Source: Mytilus californianus (lineage: Eukaryota). Taken from it: a stretch of DNA of 64,000 bases. The position numbers were made by a program, and so were the translations under genes. Below, piece after piece: positions 53,032 through 64,000 of the stretch; the first letter of the stretch is position 1, and each line of letters begins with the position of its first letter. The stretch is taken from NCBI RefSeq assembly GCF_021869535.1, contig NW_026262723.1, positions 34,100,001 through 34,164,000 of the forward strand, given 5' to 3'. Under the pieces are notes generated by a model. It did not search any database. It was not told the origin of the DNA and worked only from the letters and a program-made list of their open reading frames with translations.

Positions 53032-54201
53032 GTAAGTGTATCATGTGTATATTAATATCATGTGACATTTTTTTTAAAATTGGCAACCACTATGTTCAAA
53101 TATCTACTTATGCGATGAATGTATCACTTGGTGCTTGTCAAATATTTACAAAATTGAAATAATGAAAATTTATAAAAGATAACAGCTCGATGCACGTAGA
53201 ATAATATTCTCTTTTACATAAAACATTGTTACGCAATGTTAATTGCAATCAATCGAAACTTTAAAGGAAAATGACCATGATCATCAGAACCTACATAATG
53301 ATGTTATAAAACATTGTTTATATGACAATGAGAATAAATAGATACATAAATAAATGAAAACACCTAGCATCAAATGTCTTTCTTAACACATAATTATTAA
53401 ATGAAAAGGCATGTCACATAGTATATACAGTATGCGTACACTGTCTGTTAAATGTACACGACTAGATATTATTTCGAACATTTTTTCTAACAAATATTAA
53501 AACATTAAATGGATTTTTTTTTTAAATTATGATGTGTTTGGACAAAAATATGGTATTTTCTTAAAATAAAATCGGTAGAAGTATTCGGAACTGATAATAT
53601 CCTACACAACACAGTTTCTAAGAACGTATGTGTAAGACTCATCCTAATTTCGGTTGATATCTGGTAAATGCGTAATTGTTTCCTTTAAGATCGCCTGTCT
53701 TTTTCTACAGCAAACAAATTTGAAATCAGTACTTGCTTAGGATTGTTGTAACTATATGTGAGATGAGAAGTTGTAATCTATTGCTACTGATTCACAAATC
53801 CAGTTCAAGTTGTTGCAGATGAAATCGATTTTGATCATTTTAAGCCTTAACATCACAATAGCACAATCACGCAAGGTTGAACCCTCCGTTTCGATAAAAA
53901 AAAATGCCAGTACCAAGTAAGGAATACGACAGTTGTTTACCATTCGTTCCGTTGTTTGATATAATCGAGGATTTTGTTTTGTTAGGTTTTATGGATTTCC
54001 ACTTTTTTAAATTTACCTTTGAGTTTTTGTTAATACTTTTTGTAAATAATGTCTTATAATCCTTCAATAAACGACTTTAGATTTGTCTGTTATAGATCCA
54101 AAGGCAACGCACATTTAACTTGTTATTTTTTATAATAATTTTTATATTACTTGACTAAGATAATAATAGTGGGCCCAATTAATAGTTTTCAAACCTTTCA
54201 G

Positions 54202-54251
54202 AAATTATTTCTGCTGTTTTAATTACGAATGAATCAATGGAATGTGCAAAG
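54202..54251 (+). pseudogene. Gene E exon 2 with in-frame TGA: (G)NYFCCFNYE*INGMCK(E)
   Basis: TTTCAG/GTAAG, phases 2/1. TGA at 54230-54232 aligns to Tyr of FEYING in gene B. Confidence 0.8.
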
Positions 54252-56626
54252 GTAAGTTGCTTCATACTACTTCCGGACTGAAATAACAAATAAACATTGA
54301 TACGACTCTGACAATGCCACTATTTGTAGACAGCATGTACATGTTTGACATCTGCAAATTAATATGCGCTTTTATACTTGCTGGTCAGGAACAATTTCAA
54401 GGATACATTTTATTTGTATAAATTATTTTACAAAGGAACAAATTAGCAAGATGGCTATTAAAACTCATAACGCGAAGACAGACGTACAAAACGAAATTAG
54501 CGAAAACGAAAACCAAATACAAACGGACAAAGAACATAACTTAGAGATATAAGAATGAGCAACTTTAGTCTCATCAAAAGCGGATTTAATTAAGATGCTC
54601 CATAAACATGATAAAAGTGAGCTGTTTTTTTTCTCAGTTAATATTGAAAATCCAACTTTGCCACTAGAAAATGTTTTCTATGCATGACTGGTAAAAGCTA
54701 TCCACCAAACATACATTTCTAAATCTGTTATGATAGTTAAAAGTAAATTTGAGGTCAAAATTATCAAATCGAAAGTATGACTGCGTCACAAAAAGTAATG
54801 AGAGGTTCCCTTAATAGAGCCTTTTTCACAGTTCTGATGTGTTTTCAAGTGAATTAAATATTTCCTTCTTATCTAAATCAATGCATACTCTTCCGGAATT
54901 ATCAATGATCGTCATATTGTCTAAATACCATTTGATTGATGTTTTTTTACAATATAAATAAAAATTTATAAAAAATCTCTTCCGGAATACTATGTCAACA
55001 TTGGATATGTTTGTGCTTTATTTGAAAAAATATACTTATTGTGGCTTAAGTACATGTATTACAAAAAGATATAAAAATAGAGGCGTTGAATATTCTATCA
55101 CTTAAGCCAAATGTCTATGTATTCGTAAAATTTAAGGTCTTCCAGTATTTTTTTATAAGACAATCCAGAGGAAATGACCCGAACAAAGTTCATCCAAGGT
55201 CACTTTTGCTCCAATGCCACATAAATGTTCATACTTTCGTAACAATACACATCAAATCTTTTGATTTCAATCCTTTCTACATGAAACTTGAAATTGATCT
55301 GAATTGTTGTATTATGTTAAGTGAATAAAAGTCATATGAAACTTCAAATTTAAAATCAAAGTTGGATATTTTTTATATACTTGAAATGCTAAGTTTTACT
55401 ATAAAACAAGTGTACGTGAACTTTCTTAGAAAATCCTTTATATTATCAAAATTTTCATAAATGTACTGCAATTAAAATATTGTCTTCCCGAACACCAATT
55501 CGCCGGTATTTTCCCATATGCAGTGACCTTACCTACGAGACCTCTCGTTAGAACTTTGGCCACCGCACAGAGCAAGTGCGAGGGGAAGACCATGTTGAAA
55601 GAATATAAACAAACGTGCACTGGAAGGTAAAATATAACTGAGTCTTAAAGAACAAATTTAATACAAAAATCATTTAATTACTAATCAAGAAAACGATTAA
55701 TTAACAAATTGGAACGCATGGATAATATAAAAAGATATCCTGCTCACTTATTTGTCACATGCATCACGTGATCTGTGTTGATTGGTTATCAATGTCACGA
55801 TCCGGTAAACTTCGGCAAGACACTTGAAAATTAATTAGCTTGCGTCAATAATCACTGAATGAAATATTATTTGTCGATAATGCGTTATATATACATAATG
55901 CAATATAAAAAAATTGCATATAGGAGTTAGTTTGGTATATATGCATGCATTGGTGGAATAATTTCGATAACATTAAAATTACAAGATGCTTTAGAAAAAA
56001 AAAAAAAAAAAGGTGTCACCAAACTTGTTTTCTTGATACAAGTAAAAAATGAAAATGTCCCTATCATTCCAGTATATTTTTTTACTATAAGAGTTATCTC
56101 CCCTTAAATTGATAAGTTGACAAATTGTGTCCGAAAAACACAAATATTAGGTATTTGCTTAAACATTCAGTATAATGCAATAAATCTCTTATTTTTCTAC
56201 ATACAAATAAACTTACACATAAATTGCAAATCTGTCTCAAAATTTGCAGACTTAGGCAAAGAACTAGACCGATTGTGTACTGCTATTGTACAATCCAAAA
56301 TGGCGGTTTACAGTGAATCTAACTTAATGAATAACAAAAATTATGGAAAAACGTGTATGAACGGAACCAAAAAATGAGCGCCAATTCGGATGCATCCTGA
56401 GAAAGAAAGGAAAATAGATAAATAGTCCACAAAACAGTTTAAAGAAAAATTGAGATTGAACATCAAATCGAATAACTTCATATTCCGTACATGTATTTGA
56501 AAAATGGGTAGCATTTAATAAAATTCTGTTGACAACACCGCCTCTTAATACGCATATTGTCAATGCGATTTTGTAAACATTATGTTTAATGTTTGATAAC
56601 ATCTATTAGGAACTTCTCTCTTTTAG

Positions 56627-56738
56627 AATGCAAAATTGGAACAATAACTAGTGAAGTTGGTAGTCGATGTCTTCCATGTAAAAATAATATGTATGGTGTT
56701 ACATGTAGTGAAACATGTGACTGCAATCATGTCGAAAG
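56627..56738 (+). CDS. Gene E exon 3: EGF-like CKIGTITSEVGSRCLPCKNNMYGVTCSETCDCNHVE(R)
   Basis: TTTTAG/GTATG, phases 1/2, homologous to 14027-14135. Confidence 0.85.
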
Positions 56739-57111
56739 GTATGTCTCCATGTTGCAATCCAAAAAAAAAAAAAAAAAAATAGATAGTGTGGCCGGGGGCT
56801 CAAATTAAGGGGAATAAAATTCCATGTTATTGACAAATTGCAAGTTAGGAATATGACAGTTGTTTTCCATTCGTGTGATGTGTTTGAGCTTTTGATATTG
56901 CCATTTGATAAGGGACTTTCCGTTTTGAAGTTTCATTGGAGTTCGGTATTTTTGTTATTTTACTTATTAATAACACTTGCCGTTACCTTGATGATATTTT
57001 TGCTTAAGATAATCACGCATTTTGCACGGCTTTGGCTATTTTTTTGTCCTTTTTGGTTCATAGCTCTTCGTCTTTTAATAAGCTTTTGATTTTCAAGTAT
57101 TTTGGCCTCGA

Positions 57112-57155
57112 ACATCACTGAAGAGACATTGATTGTCGACATGCGCATATGGTGC
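57112..57155 (+). ncRNA. Type I hammerhead ribozyme motif, core mutated (GAAA->GACA)
   Basis: ACATCA-CTGAAGA-GACA ttgat TGTC-GACA-TGCGCA-TA-TGGTGC. Confidence 0.65.
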
Positions 57156-57804
57156 AGATACATTGGTACCGTTTGTGTTATTCTAATTTTTCTACGGAAA
57201 GTAGTTGGTTTACTTACTCATAATTATGGCCCTAAAAATTGGAATCTCTTAAACTGCGATAATATTGTGAGCATGCATGTTATGTCCATTTGTGTTTTGC
57301 ACATTGTATAAAATGAATATCTGCAAGTGTTTGTATAGAAATGAAAACATATGAAAACACATGTTTAAATATCCGAGTGTTCAGTTACAAAATATTTTCC
57401 CCAATTGCGTTATTAGGGAGGCATTCGTGACGTCATAAATATTGATTAATTCCGTTATAACAAGCGTTTTTGTAGACATTTTGACCATCGAAATAGTAAA
57501 ATTGTACCTTTTTTGAAATGAAAAAAATTGAGAAATAACATACGACTTATGTGATATAAGTATGAGTGTTCAAAATGTGAAATCTGTATAGAATCTTTAA
57601 TTCGTTGTTTAATATGGATCATCCAAAACGTCATCAATGAAGCATATATCAACATAAACTTGAAACATGAAACGCCCCCATTCGGATGTAGCTCGCATTC
57701 TATTTATTACTTAGATTTATTAAAAACTTGATATCAATAATGTATCTTTTAACATGTTTGATATTCTAGATATAAAGAAATAAACTTTTTTTTTCACAAA
57801 ACAG

Positions 57805-57842
57805 GTGCGATCATGAGGTGGGATGTATTTCAAAGAACACAG
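57805..57842 (+). CDS. Gene E exon 4: CDHEVGCISKNT
   Basis: ACAG/GTAATA, phases 2/1, homologous to 14540-14604. Confidence 0.8.
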
Positions 57843-58511
57843 GTAATACACCCATTATCTAATTTATTAAGACGATTATTTTTAACGTTTGAAACATAAG
57901 CAATTTGATCGTTGACCATGTAAGTTTTAATCGGTAAAAATATGTTTCAAAATATAACAGTTTTTTTATGAAAAATTCAATTTTTCAATTTACCGATTGT
58001 TGTACAAATGTATATCATTTTTTTAAGGTACAAGTAAAATCAGGCAGTTTGCCTTCTTTTTAAAATTGTTTAGTATTTTGTCACCTTTTATTAATCTCTA
58101 AATTTTAGTATTTGCTGTATAGATACAGTCATACTGTGATCTGTAGAGGTTTACAACATTGCCCTTTGGTTTCTTTGATAATTATACTGAATCCATATTC
58201 TTATGTTAAATACATACTGAGATAGCATTTGTTGCTTTATAACAGGTTCATAAGTTCAATGTACAAATGCTTATCAAACAGACATGTTGTGATGTGTTAA
58301 ATTGGTAACACAGTCTCAATTTGTTTTTGTTTTTTTGTTGCTATTAATCACTTGAATTTTAAAATAACAAGTTTTAAACTCGTTGAAAGTATATATTTAA
58401 AGTGTTGTTTACAGAAGCACATTCATTGGACATATTTATGTTGTTGCCTTATCATAGGGATACAACAGATACAGCTTGTGAACTTTTTTTTTCTGTGTAG
58501 CAACATTGCAG

Positions 58512-58547
58512 CAACGCCTGGGAATGGGTCTGGGAAAGTCCTTACAG
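58512..58547 (+). CDS. Possible small stalk exon of gene E: (A)TPGNGSGKVLT
   Basis: TTGCAG acceptor after a T tract, GTTTGA donor, symmetric phase 1/1. No paralogue is available to confirm it. Confidence 0.35.
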
Positions 58548-59224
58548 GTTTGAAATGCACCCTGATGTATCAACCAAATATGGTATGATTGATTAAATCA
58601 ATTTTAAAATGACCATGCATGTTCGCCTTTCTTTTTTCTCTTAGTGTGATTTCAATTTTTGCTGATCTAGTATACATTATTGTCTAGGGGCCAGCTGAAG
58701 CCCGATTCCGGGTGCGGGATTTTCTCACTGGGTTGAAGAACTTGTGGCCTTGGGCTGTTGTCTGCTCTTTAGTCGGGTTTTTGTCTCTTTGAAACATTCC
58801 CTGTTTCCGTTTTCATTAGTATTCTAGTATTCTTTTAAAGAAACTAGATGATTCTTGGGTTCAACTGTTTTACTGTCCATTATACATTGACAACAATCAT
58901 GATTATGTTTTATTTTATGAATCAGAAGTGACTACTTGTATACCAAACGATCAAATTTACTCAAAAGTATTTATCTTTTATTTTATTTTGCTTTTTTTAC
59001 TGGTCTTGTTTTAAATTGTATAAGAAGCATATACTCAACTCTACATTTGTCAAGACAAGACAAGACAATTTATTACAATTAAGCACACGTATGGTGCTAC
59101 AAGAGGATAACAATTATACATCAACAATAACATAGTTATACATTTGCAAGCATGACACACAATAAATAAATTAGCGATGTGTATATGTTTCTAAATGGCC
59201 TTCCAAATACCGTTTCGATTCCTA

Positions 59225-59268
59225 ACATCACTGAAGAGACATTAATTGTCGAAATCCGGATATGGTGT
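59225..59268 (+). ncRNA. Type I hammerhead ribozyme, intact core
   Basis: Stem I ACATCA/TGGTGT; CTGAAGA (59231-59237); stem II GACA/TGTC; GAAA (59251-59254); palindromic stem III ATCCGGAT; cleavage triplet AUA. Confidence 0.8.
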
Positions 59269-59763
59269 ACTAATTTTTGCACCTTTTGTTTGCGGTATAC
59301 CATCTTTTCCGCAAGTTTATTGTTTTCTGTTTGGTATTAAATTAATAGTTCAGATTCATTTTGTGACATCTAGTGATCCGTTTATTTGGCAATCGCCAAT
59401 GCCAGTCAGCAGGGTTTAAGAACATCCGTTTTTCGACCTGCTAGTCAAATGCGTTTTGTTAAAATATACTTTTTAACTTTTTTGGTCTTTTTGAAAATGT
59501 TGTTTGTGCTGTATTTAGACCCCTCTACCAAGAAATTTGTTTTGAATGCACACGTATAAAAATTGCGGTTTTTATCCAACGCAATCATAGGTTTGAACGT
59601 TGTTTTCAATTTAGACTTGTTTATATTTTTTTGTTTTGGCTTGTATTATATTTTCCTTCATGTTTATATGATCCGTTCATCCTATTTCGACTCTTCAAAA
59701 TTCAAGAGTCTATCCTAAATTGAGGTAAATTATATGGCCTTCCAAATACCGTTTCGATTCCTA

Positions 59764-59807
59764 ACATCACTGAAGAGACATTACTTGTCGAAATCCGGAT
59801 ATAGTGT
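59764..59807 (+). ncRNA. Type I hammerhead ribozyme, intact core, one stem I mismatch
   Basis: ACATCA-CTGAAGA-GACA ttact TGTC-GAAA-TCCGGA-TA-TAGTGT. Confidence 0.75.
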
Positions 59808-62800
59808 ACTAATTCTTGCACCTTTTGTTTGCGGTATACCATCTTTTCTGCAAGTTTATTGATTTCTGTTTGGTATTAAATTAATAGTTAAGACCCATTT
59901 TGTTACATCTGGTGATCCGTTTATTTTGCAATCACCAATGGCAGTCAGCAGAGTTGAAGAACATCCGTTGTTCGACCTGCTAGTCAAATGCGTTTTGTTA
60001 AAATACACTTTTTCACTTATTTGGTCTTTTGGAAAATGTTGTTTGTGCTGTATTTAGACCCCTCTACCAAGATATTTTTTTGCATGCACACGTATAAAAA
60101 ATGCGGTTTTTATCCAACGCAATCAGAGGTTTGAACGTTGTTTTCAATTTAGACTTGTTCATCTAAATGGATAAACATCTTCTTTTTCAAATAGTTTTTG
60201 TTTTTTATTCATTTGAATTTTAGAGCCATGATGATGAACAGAATTGTGATTCTTTCTTAAAATACATTTTAGATTTCTTTCAAATTCTCATACATTAGAA
60301 TAATAAAATATCATCCGCAAGTATCTAGTTATTTATAATATTCAAACAATGCATTCAATTATTTTTGTTTTGTTTTGTTTACCACGGTCTTAAGATGTTT
60401 GCTTTGGCAGTTGTTGTGTACAAACTATAAAAAAGCTAAAATAATATTCTCAATATTTCAACTTATTCTATATTTTGCTACACTATTTAGCATATCAGGC
60501 ATAGTTCTCTTTGGCCTGATTAGGTAAATAATCAGATATTCAAAGATACATGTCAACACTGTTTCATACATTTTCATTGCTAGTTCAAAGTATGTTATAA
60601 ATATCAAACTATTTAAATCAAATTATCATTTTTCACTAAATGAGCCGCATGTATGGGTCATTTTAGATATATCTAATTTTTTAAAGAAATATTATATTAT
60701 ATGTTATTCAGGTCTCAGACAGGGTATATGATGTGACATTCCCGGCTAAGAAACCTAAATTACATATATATTACGGATTACCCCTGCCTTAATGTATTTT
60801 TCAGTACCAGATATTTGTTAAACCTTCACCATGCAGTATATGTATTTTTCCATATACACAACGGATTTTGTAATTTGCTGTGAAATTGATTCTATCGTGT
60901 ATGCAATGATTAGTAATAACACTTTAAGACATTAATTAAGTATTTGATATGTAAATCGCGTGATGTTAAAGTAAAAACGTGTTATTGACGGATACACGTC
61001 ATTATTTTCCCTCTGTGAGCCTCGGACGTTCTTTAAGTGTTCTGTATAGCCTTAAGATTACGTCACATTTTAACGTTCGTTACGATGTCGTTGTTGAGGT
61101 ATTCGCCCGTCCGAGCAGTTTCCTGAATATTTACGGACATCTCGGCAAAACTCGACACATTTGTAATCCGTGTATATATATATAAAATGTCTGAATAATA
61201 GCCAACGATAAATCTTACGGGGCGATGGATCATATAACTATCATACAGTACATTACAAAATATATCTATATATAATAAGCAAGTCTAAAAGGCTACAACA
61301 TCACCAAAAAAAATAAAATCATGTACAAATGTTAAATATTTCGGATAACTAATATCCTTCATCAGTAAGATGTAAAATGACTATTATCTTTACATGTGGT
61401 AGTCAAACTGAAATTCAAATGCGTTTTGTTAAAATATACTTTTTCACTTTTTTGGTCTTTTGGAAAATGTTGGTTGTGCTGTATTTAGACCCCTATACCA
61501 AGAAATTTGTTTTGCATGCACACGTATAAAAAATTGCAATTTTTATACGTGTTCATGCAAAACAAATATCTTGTTAGAGGGGTCTATATATGTGAGTTCT
61601 AATCCCGTAGCGGAACAAAAAATTTGTCAGCATACAAATATAATTCTAACACTGTTGGGTTTAATTTTCAGACTTATATATTAAACTCATTTGTAATAAA
61701 GGTCAATATTTAAACAAGAGGACATGATTGTAAATTATTTATCTTTCTTTGTAAATATCAAAATAGGATAAACATTTTAACCAGTTGTATTATCTGTAAG
61801 TATTAAATGTACGTTTTCAACAAAAATCACCTTTTGAATTTGTACACGGTATAAATTTGTAATTCCACATGGCAAAGTTGTTTCCTGATTTAAAATTTTA
61901 AGATAGACACATTGTTTTATTTTGCAAATTTCCCCTGTTCAACTGGTGTTTTGTTAGATTAAACTATAAAAGTTACTCGACCATACGTGATTTGAAGGAG
62001 TATGTTCGGTAAGTGTCATAATTGGCTCCGAATTTTAATTCCATTGTTTCAAGATAAAAAAAAATGATAAAAAGACACGTACGAAAACGAAATGCAACTA
62101 ATTTTGCACAGAACGTTTATACGTAAATTTTACACAAATAAACAGGGCCTTATCGAAACTAATTCTTTTACTTAACAATACAAGGATAAAAGTGTTTAAA
62201 AAAATATTATCATTGCAATATACTAGTTTTACATCAATTCTTAAGTATTGTTTGGATTGGAAAAGAATTTGCATACCTACGTAACAACATGAACCACTTT
62301 ATATGTTATGCCATTTTGCTATTAGCTTTGATAAGACTTCTTTAAAATAATCGTGTTGGTTTCTTGAACTTGTATGAGGTTTCCAAAAAGGAAATTATGC
62401 TGCAAAACTGCATGATTTAAGCAGCCATTTGCATGTAAATGGCACACATTATAACGTTAATAGGACAACTCAACATATAAAAATATTGTGTAAGTGGTTT
62501 ACATTTTAAAGTATTATCCATTCTCAAATTCTCAATTTTTTTGTGCAAATTTAAGTTACAGGTGTTCAAATTTCTTTAATCGATTATTATGAAGACAAAT
62601 CCAGGTCAGAAACAAAAACTGAGGGAATCCCATAAACTCCAAAAGGAGCAAAACCAGGAAGGTCGACAGAGTAACCTCTCTGGCTATGCATGTATCCCCC
62701 CCCCCCCATTCGAATCAAGAGGTAGCCAAAATGTCACAAGCAAGAATAGGACGAAATCGGTAAAATTATAGATCAGACGACTTTTCTTGTATCTAAAGAT

Positions 62801-63784
62801 CTCAGTTTGCGAAATGAGTTGAGACACAGACAAATCGTGTCGGTCAACTTATTCGTGGTGGTGACCTTAAAATTAATGTAGTGTTGATTTCAGTCTTTCT
62901 TTCTCAATAATATATTGGGGAAGCGTTAGTGCAAGGAGCATTTCCTTACTCATAAAGTCCGTATAGCGTGAACATGCACGATACTAAAGGATGATTACAG
63001 CCATTATCTCCTTTTCAAATATTGGTTAACCTTGAGATGATGTTGAGGTTGGCATATATGTAAATGATAAAGGCATTTTTCTACTGTTTCGATCGTTTTT
63101 TTTTTACAAATCTATCATTGATTTGTTCAATAATAATATTGAATTGTCCGAAAAATTTGATATTTTGCAATAGCTTCTACTGTACATGATCCTATTTTCG
63201 CGAATGCCTTATTTCACGTTTAGCTTTTTTATCATATTTCGTAAAAAATTATACTTGCCACTCTATTACTTTGTTCAGTGTATTCATATAAGAGTATATC
63301 AACATTTGACATATTCATGACTATGTATATTCCCGCTAATTTTCTATTCGCTGATAGTTTGTTTAACAGTACGTCATGGCAGCATACAGTTATGTTATAT
63401 AATCTTTTAAAGGCAAATGCTGGCGAGTAAATGTTTATTATAAATGATGATAATTAATTGGGCTTTAAATGTGTAATATGGGCTCTAAAGACAACACAGC
63501 TTTGTGTGTTATATTAAGGTTTTCATTGATGCTTCTGTCGAAAAAATAAACGTATGATACAAATTTAACGGTAATCGACGACTGGTGTTTATGGAATTGC
63601 AACCAGTTTACCTTTGTAGGGTTGATAAATAAAGTAATTGTACTACAAACATGGATGCAATCCCCACAGGGAATTAGACCTTAAATGATTACGATTGGTC
63701 TGAAGTTTTTATTTCGTTTTTTTTCTGCAGTTTTTTTTCTCCTATATATTATCAGTCGTATTGATGTAAACTATTCTTCTGCAG

Positions 63785-63853
63785 AAAGCACAGTGTCAGT
63801 TCAATTTCCAAATGAAACAGTAACTGGAAAACAGACCACTCTTTTAAAAGATG
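63785..63853 (+). CDS. Gene E stalk exon: (E)STVSVQFPNETVTGKQTTLLKD; the gene continues past the window
   Basis: TTCTTCTGCAG/GTGAG, phase 1/1, homologous to 16681-16743. Confidence 0.75.
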
Positions 63854-64000
63854 GTGAGTAGAGATGTATATGGATTTATATATCAGACTTAGACAACCTT
63901 TACTTTCATTTTGCCGCTAATGACAAATACATTGGACATAATTTTAGAATTTCTGCATATTATTTCGCTACACAAATGATAGTTAACTTCTTAATTAGAT

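Larger units (their letters stand above)
59195..60160 (+). repeat. Direct repeat of ~430 bp at 539-bp period, each unit starting with a hammerhead; partial third copy at 61415-61537
   Basis: ATGGCCTTCCAAATACCG... at 59195 and 59734, near-identical through ...TTAGACTTGTT. Confidence 0.92.

Noticed and set aside
54230-54232. UGA as selenocysteine
   Set aside because: The aligned residue in the paralogue is Tyr, not Cys, and the 3' UTR where a SECIS would lie is outside the window.
61331-61372. Minus-strand hammerhead-like motif CTGATGA-A-GGATA/TATCC-GAAA
   Set aside because: Stem II is good, but stem I pairs only 3 bp and stem III is marginal. At best a decayed copy.
2313-62771. Most 60-110 aa ORFs in the supplied track
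   Set aside because: Their low-complexity F/L/I/Y/K composition is expected from AT-rich introns and repeats. They have no motifs and no consistent splice context.

Overview
AT-rich eukaryotic genomic DNA. It is intron- and repeat-rich, and the repeat and gene families suggest a bivalve mollusc of the Mytilus type (inference). No prokaryotic features are present. (1) Host genes: a tandem cluster on + of single-pass Cys-rich/EGF-like receptor genes (MEGF/scavenger-receptor-F-like architecture). There are four copies of the signal-peptide exon (1852, 8603, 41688, 52943). Gene B runs 8603-30760 and has two alternative TM+cytoplasmic terminal exons. Gene E runs from 52943 past the window end and has a TGA in exon 2. 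(2) A 5.2-kb tyrosine-recombinase retrotransposon (DIRS order, Ngaro-like: gag, RT-RNaseH, YR, SGNH hydrolase) on the minus strand is inserted at a TTAA in the first terminal exon of gene B. Both junctions can be placed exactly. I could find no split direct repeats or inverted terminal repeats, but there is a GC-rich, extensively base-paired ~400-nt domain at its 3' end. This is the best candidate for something undescribed. (3) Decayed mobile elements: an intron-containing PIF/Harbinger element, a Gypsy LTR-gag-protease remnant, several Penelope-like RT fragments, foldback repeats and dispersed repeats. (4) Several type I hammerhead ribozyme motifs, including a tandem pair with intact cores at 59225 and 59764. 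All calls come from manual reading and translation; no database searches or folding computations were run.
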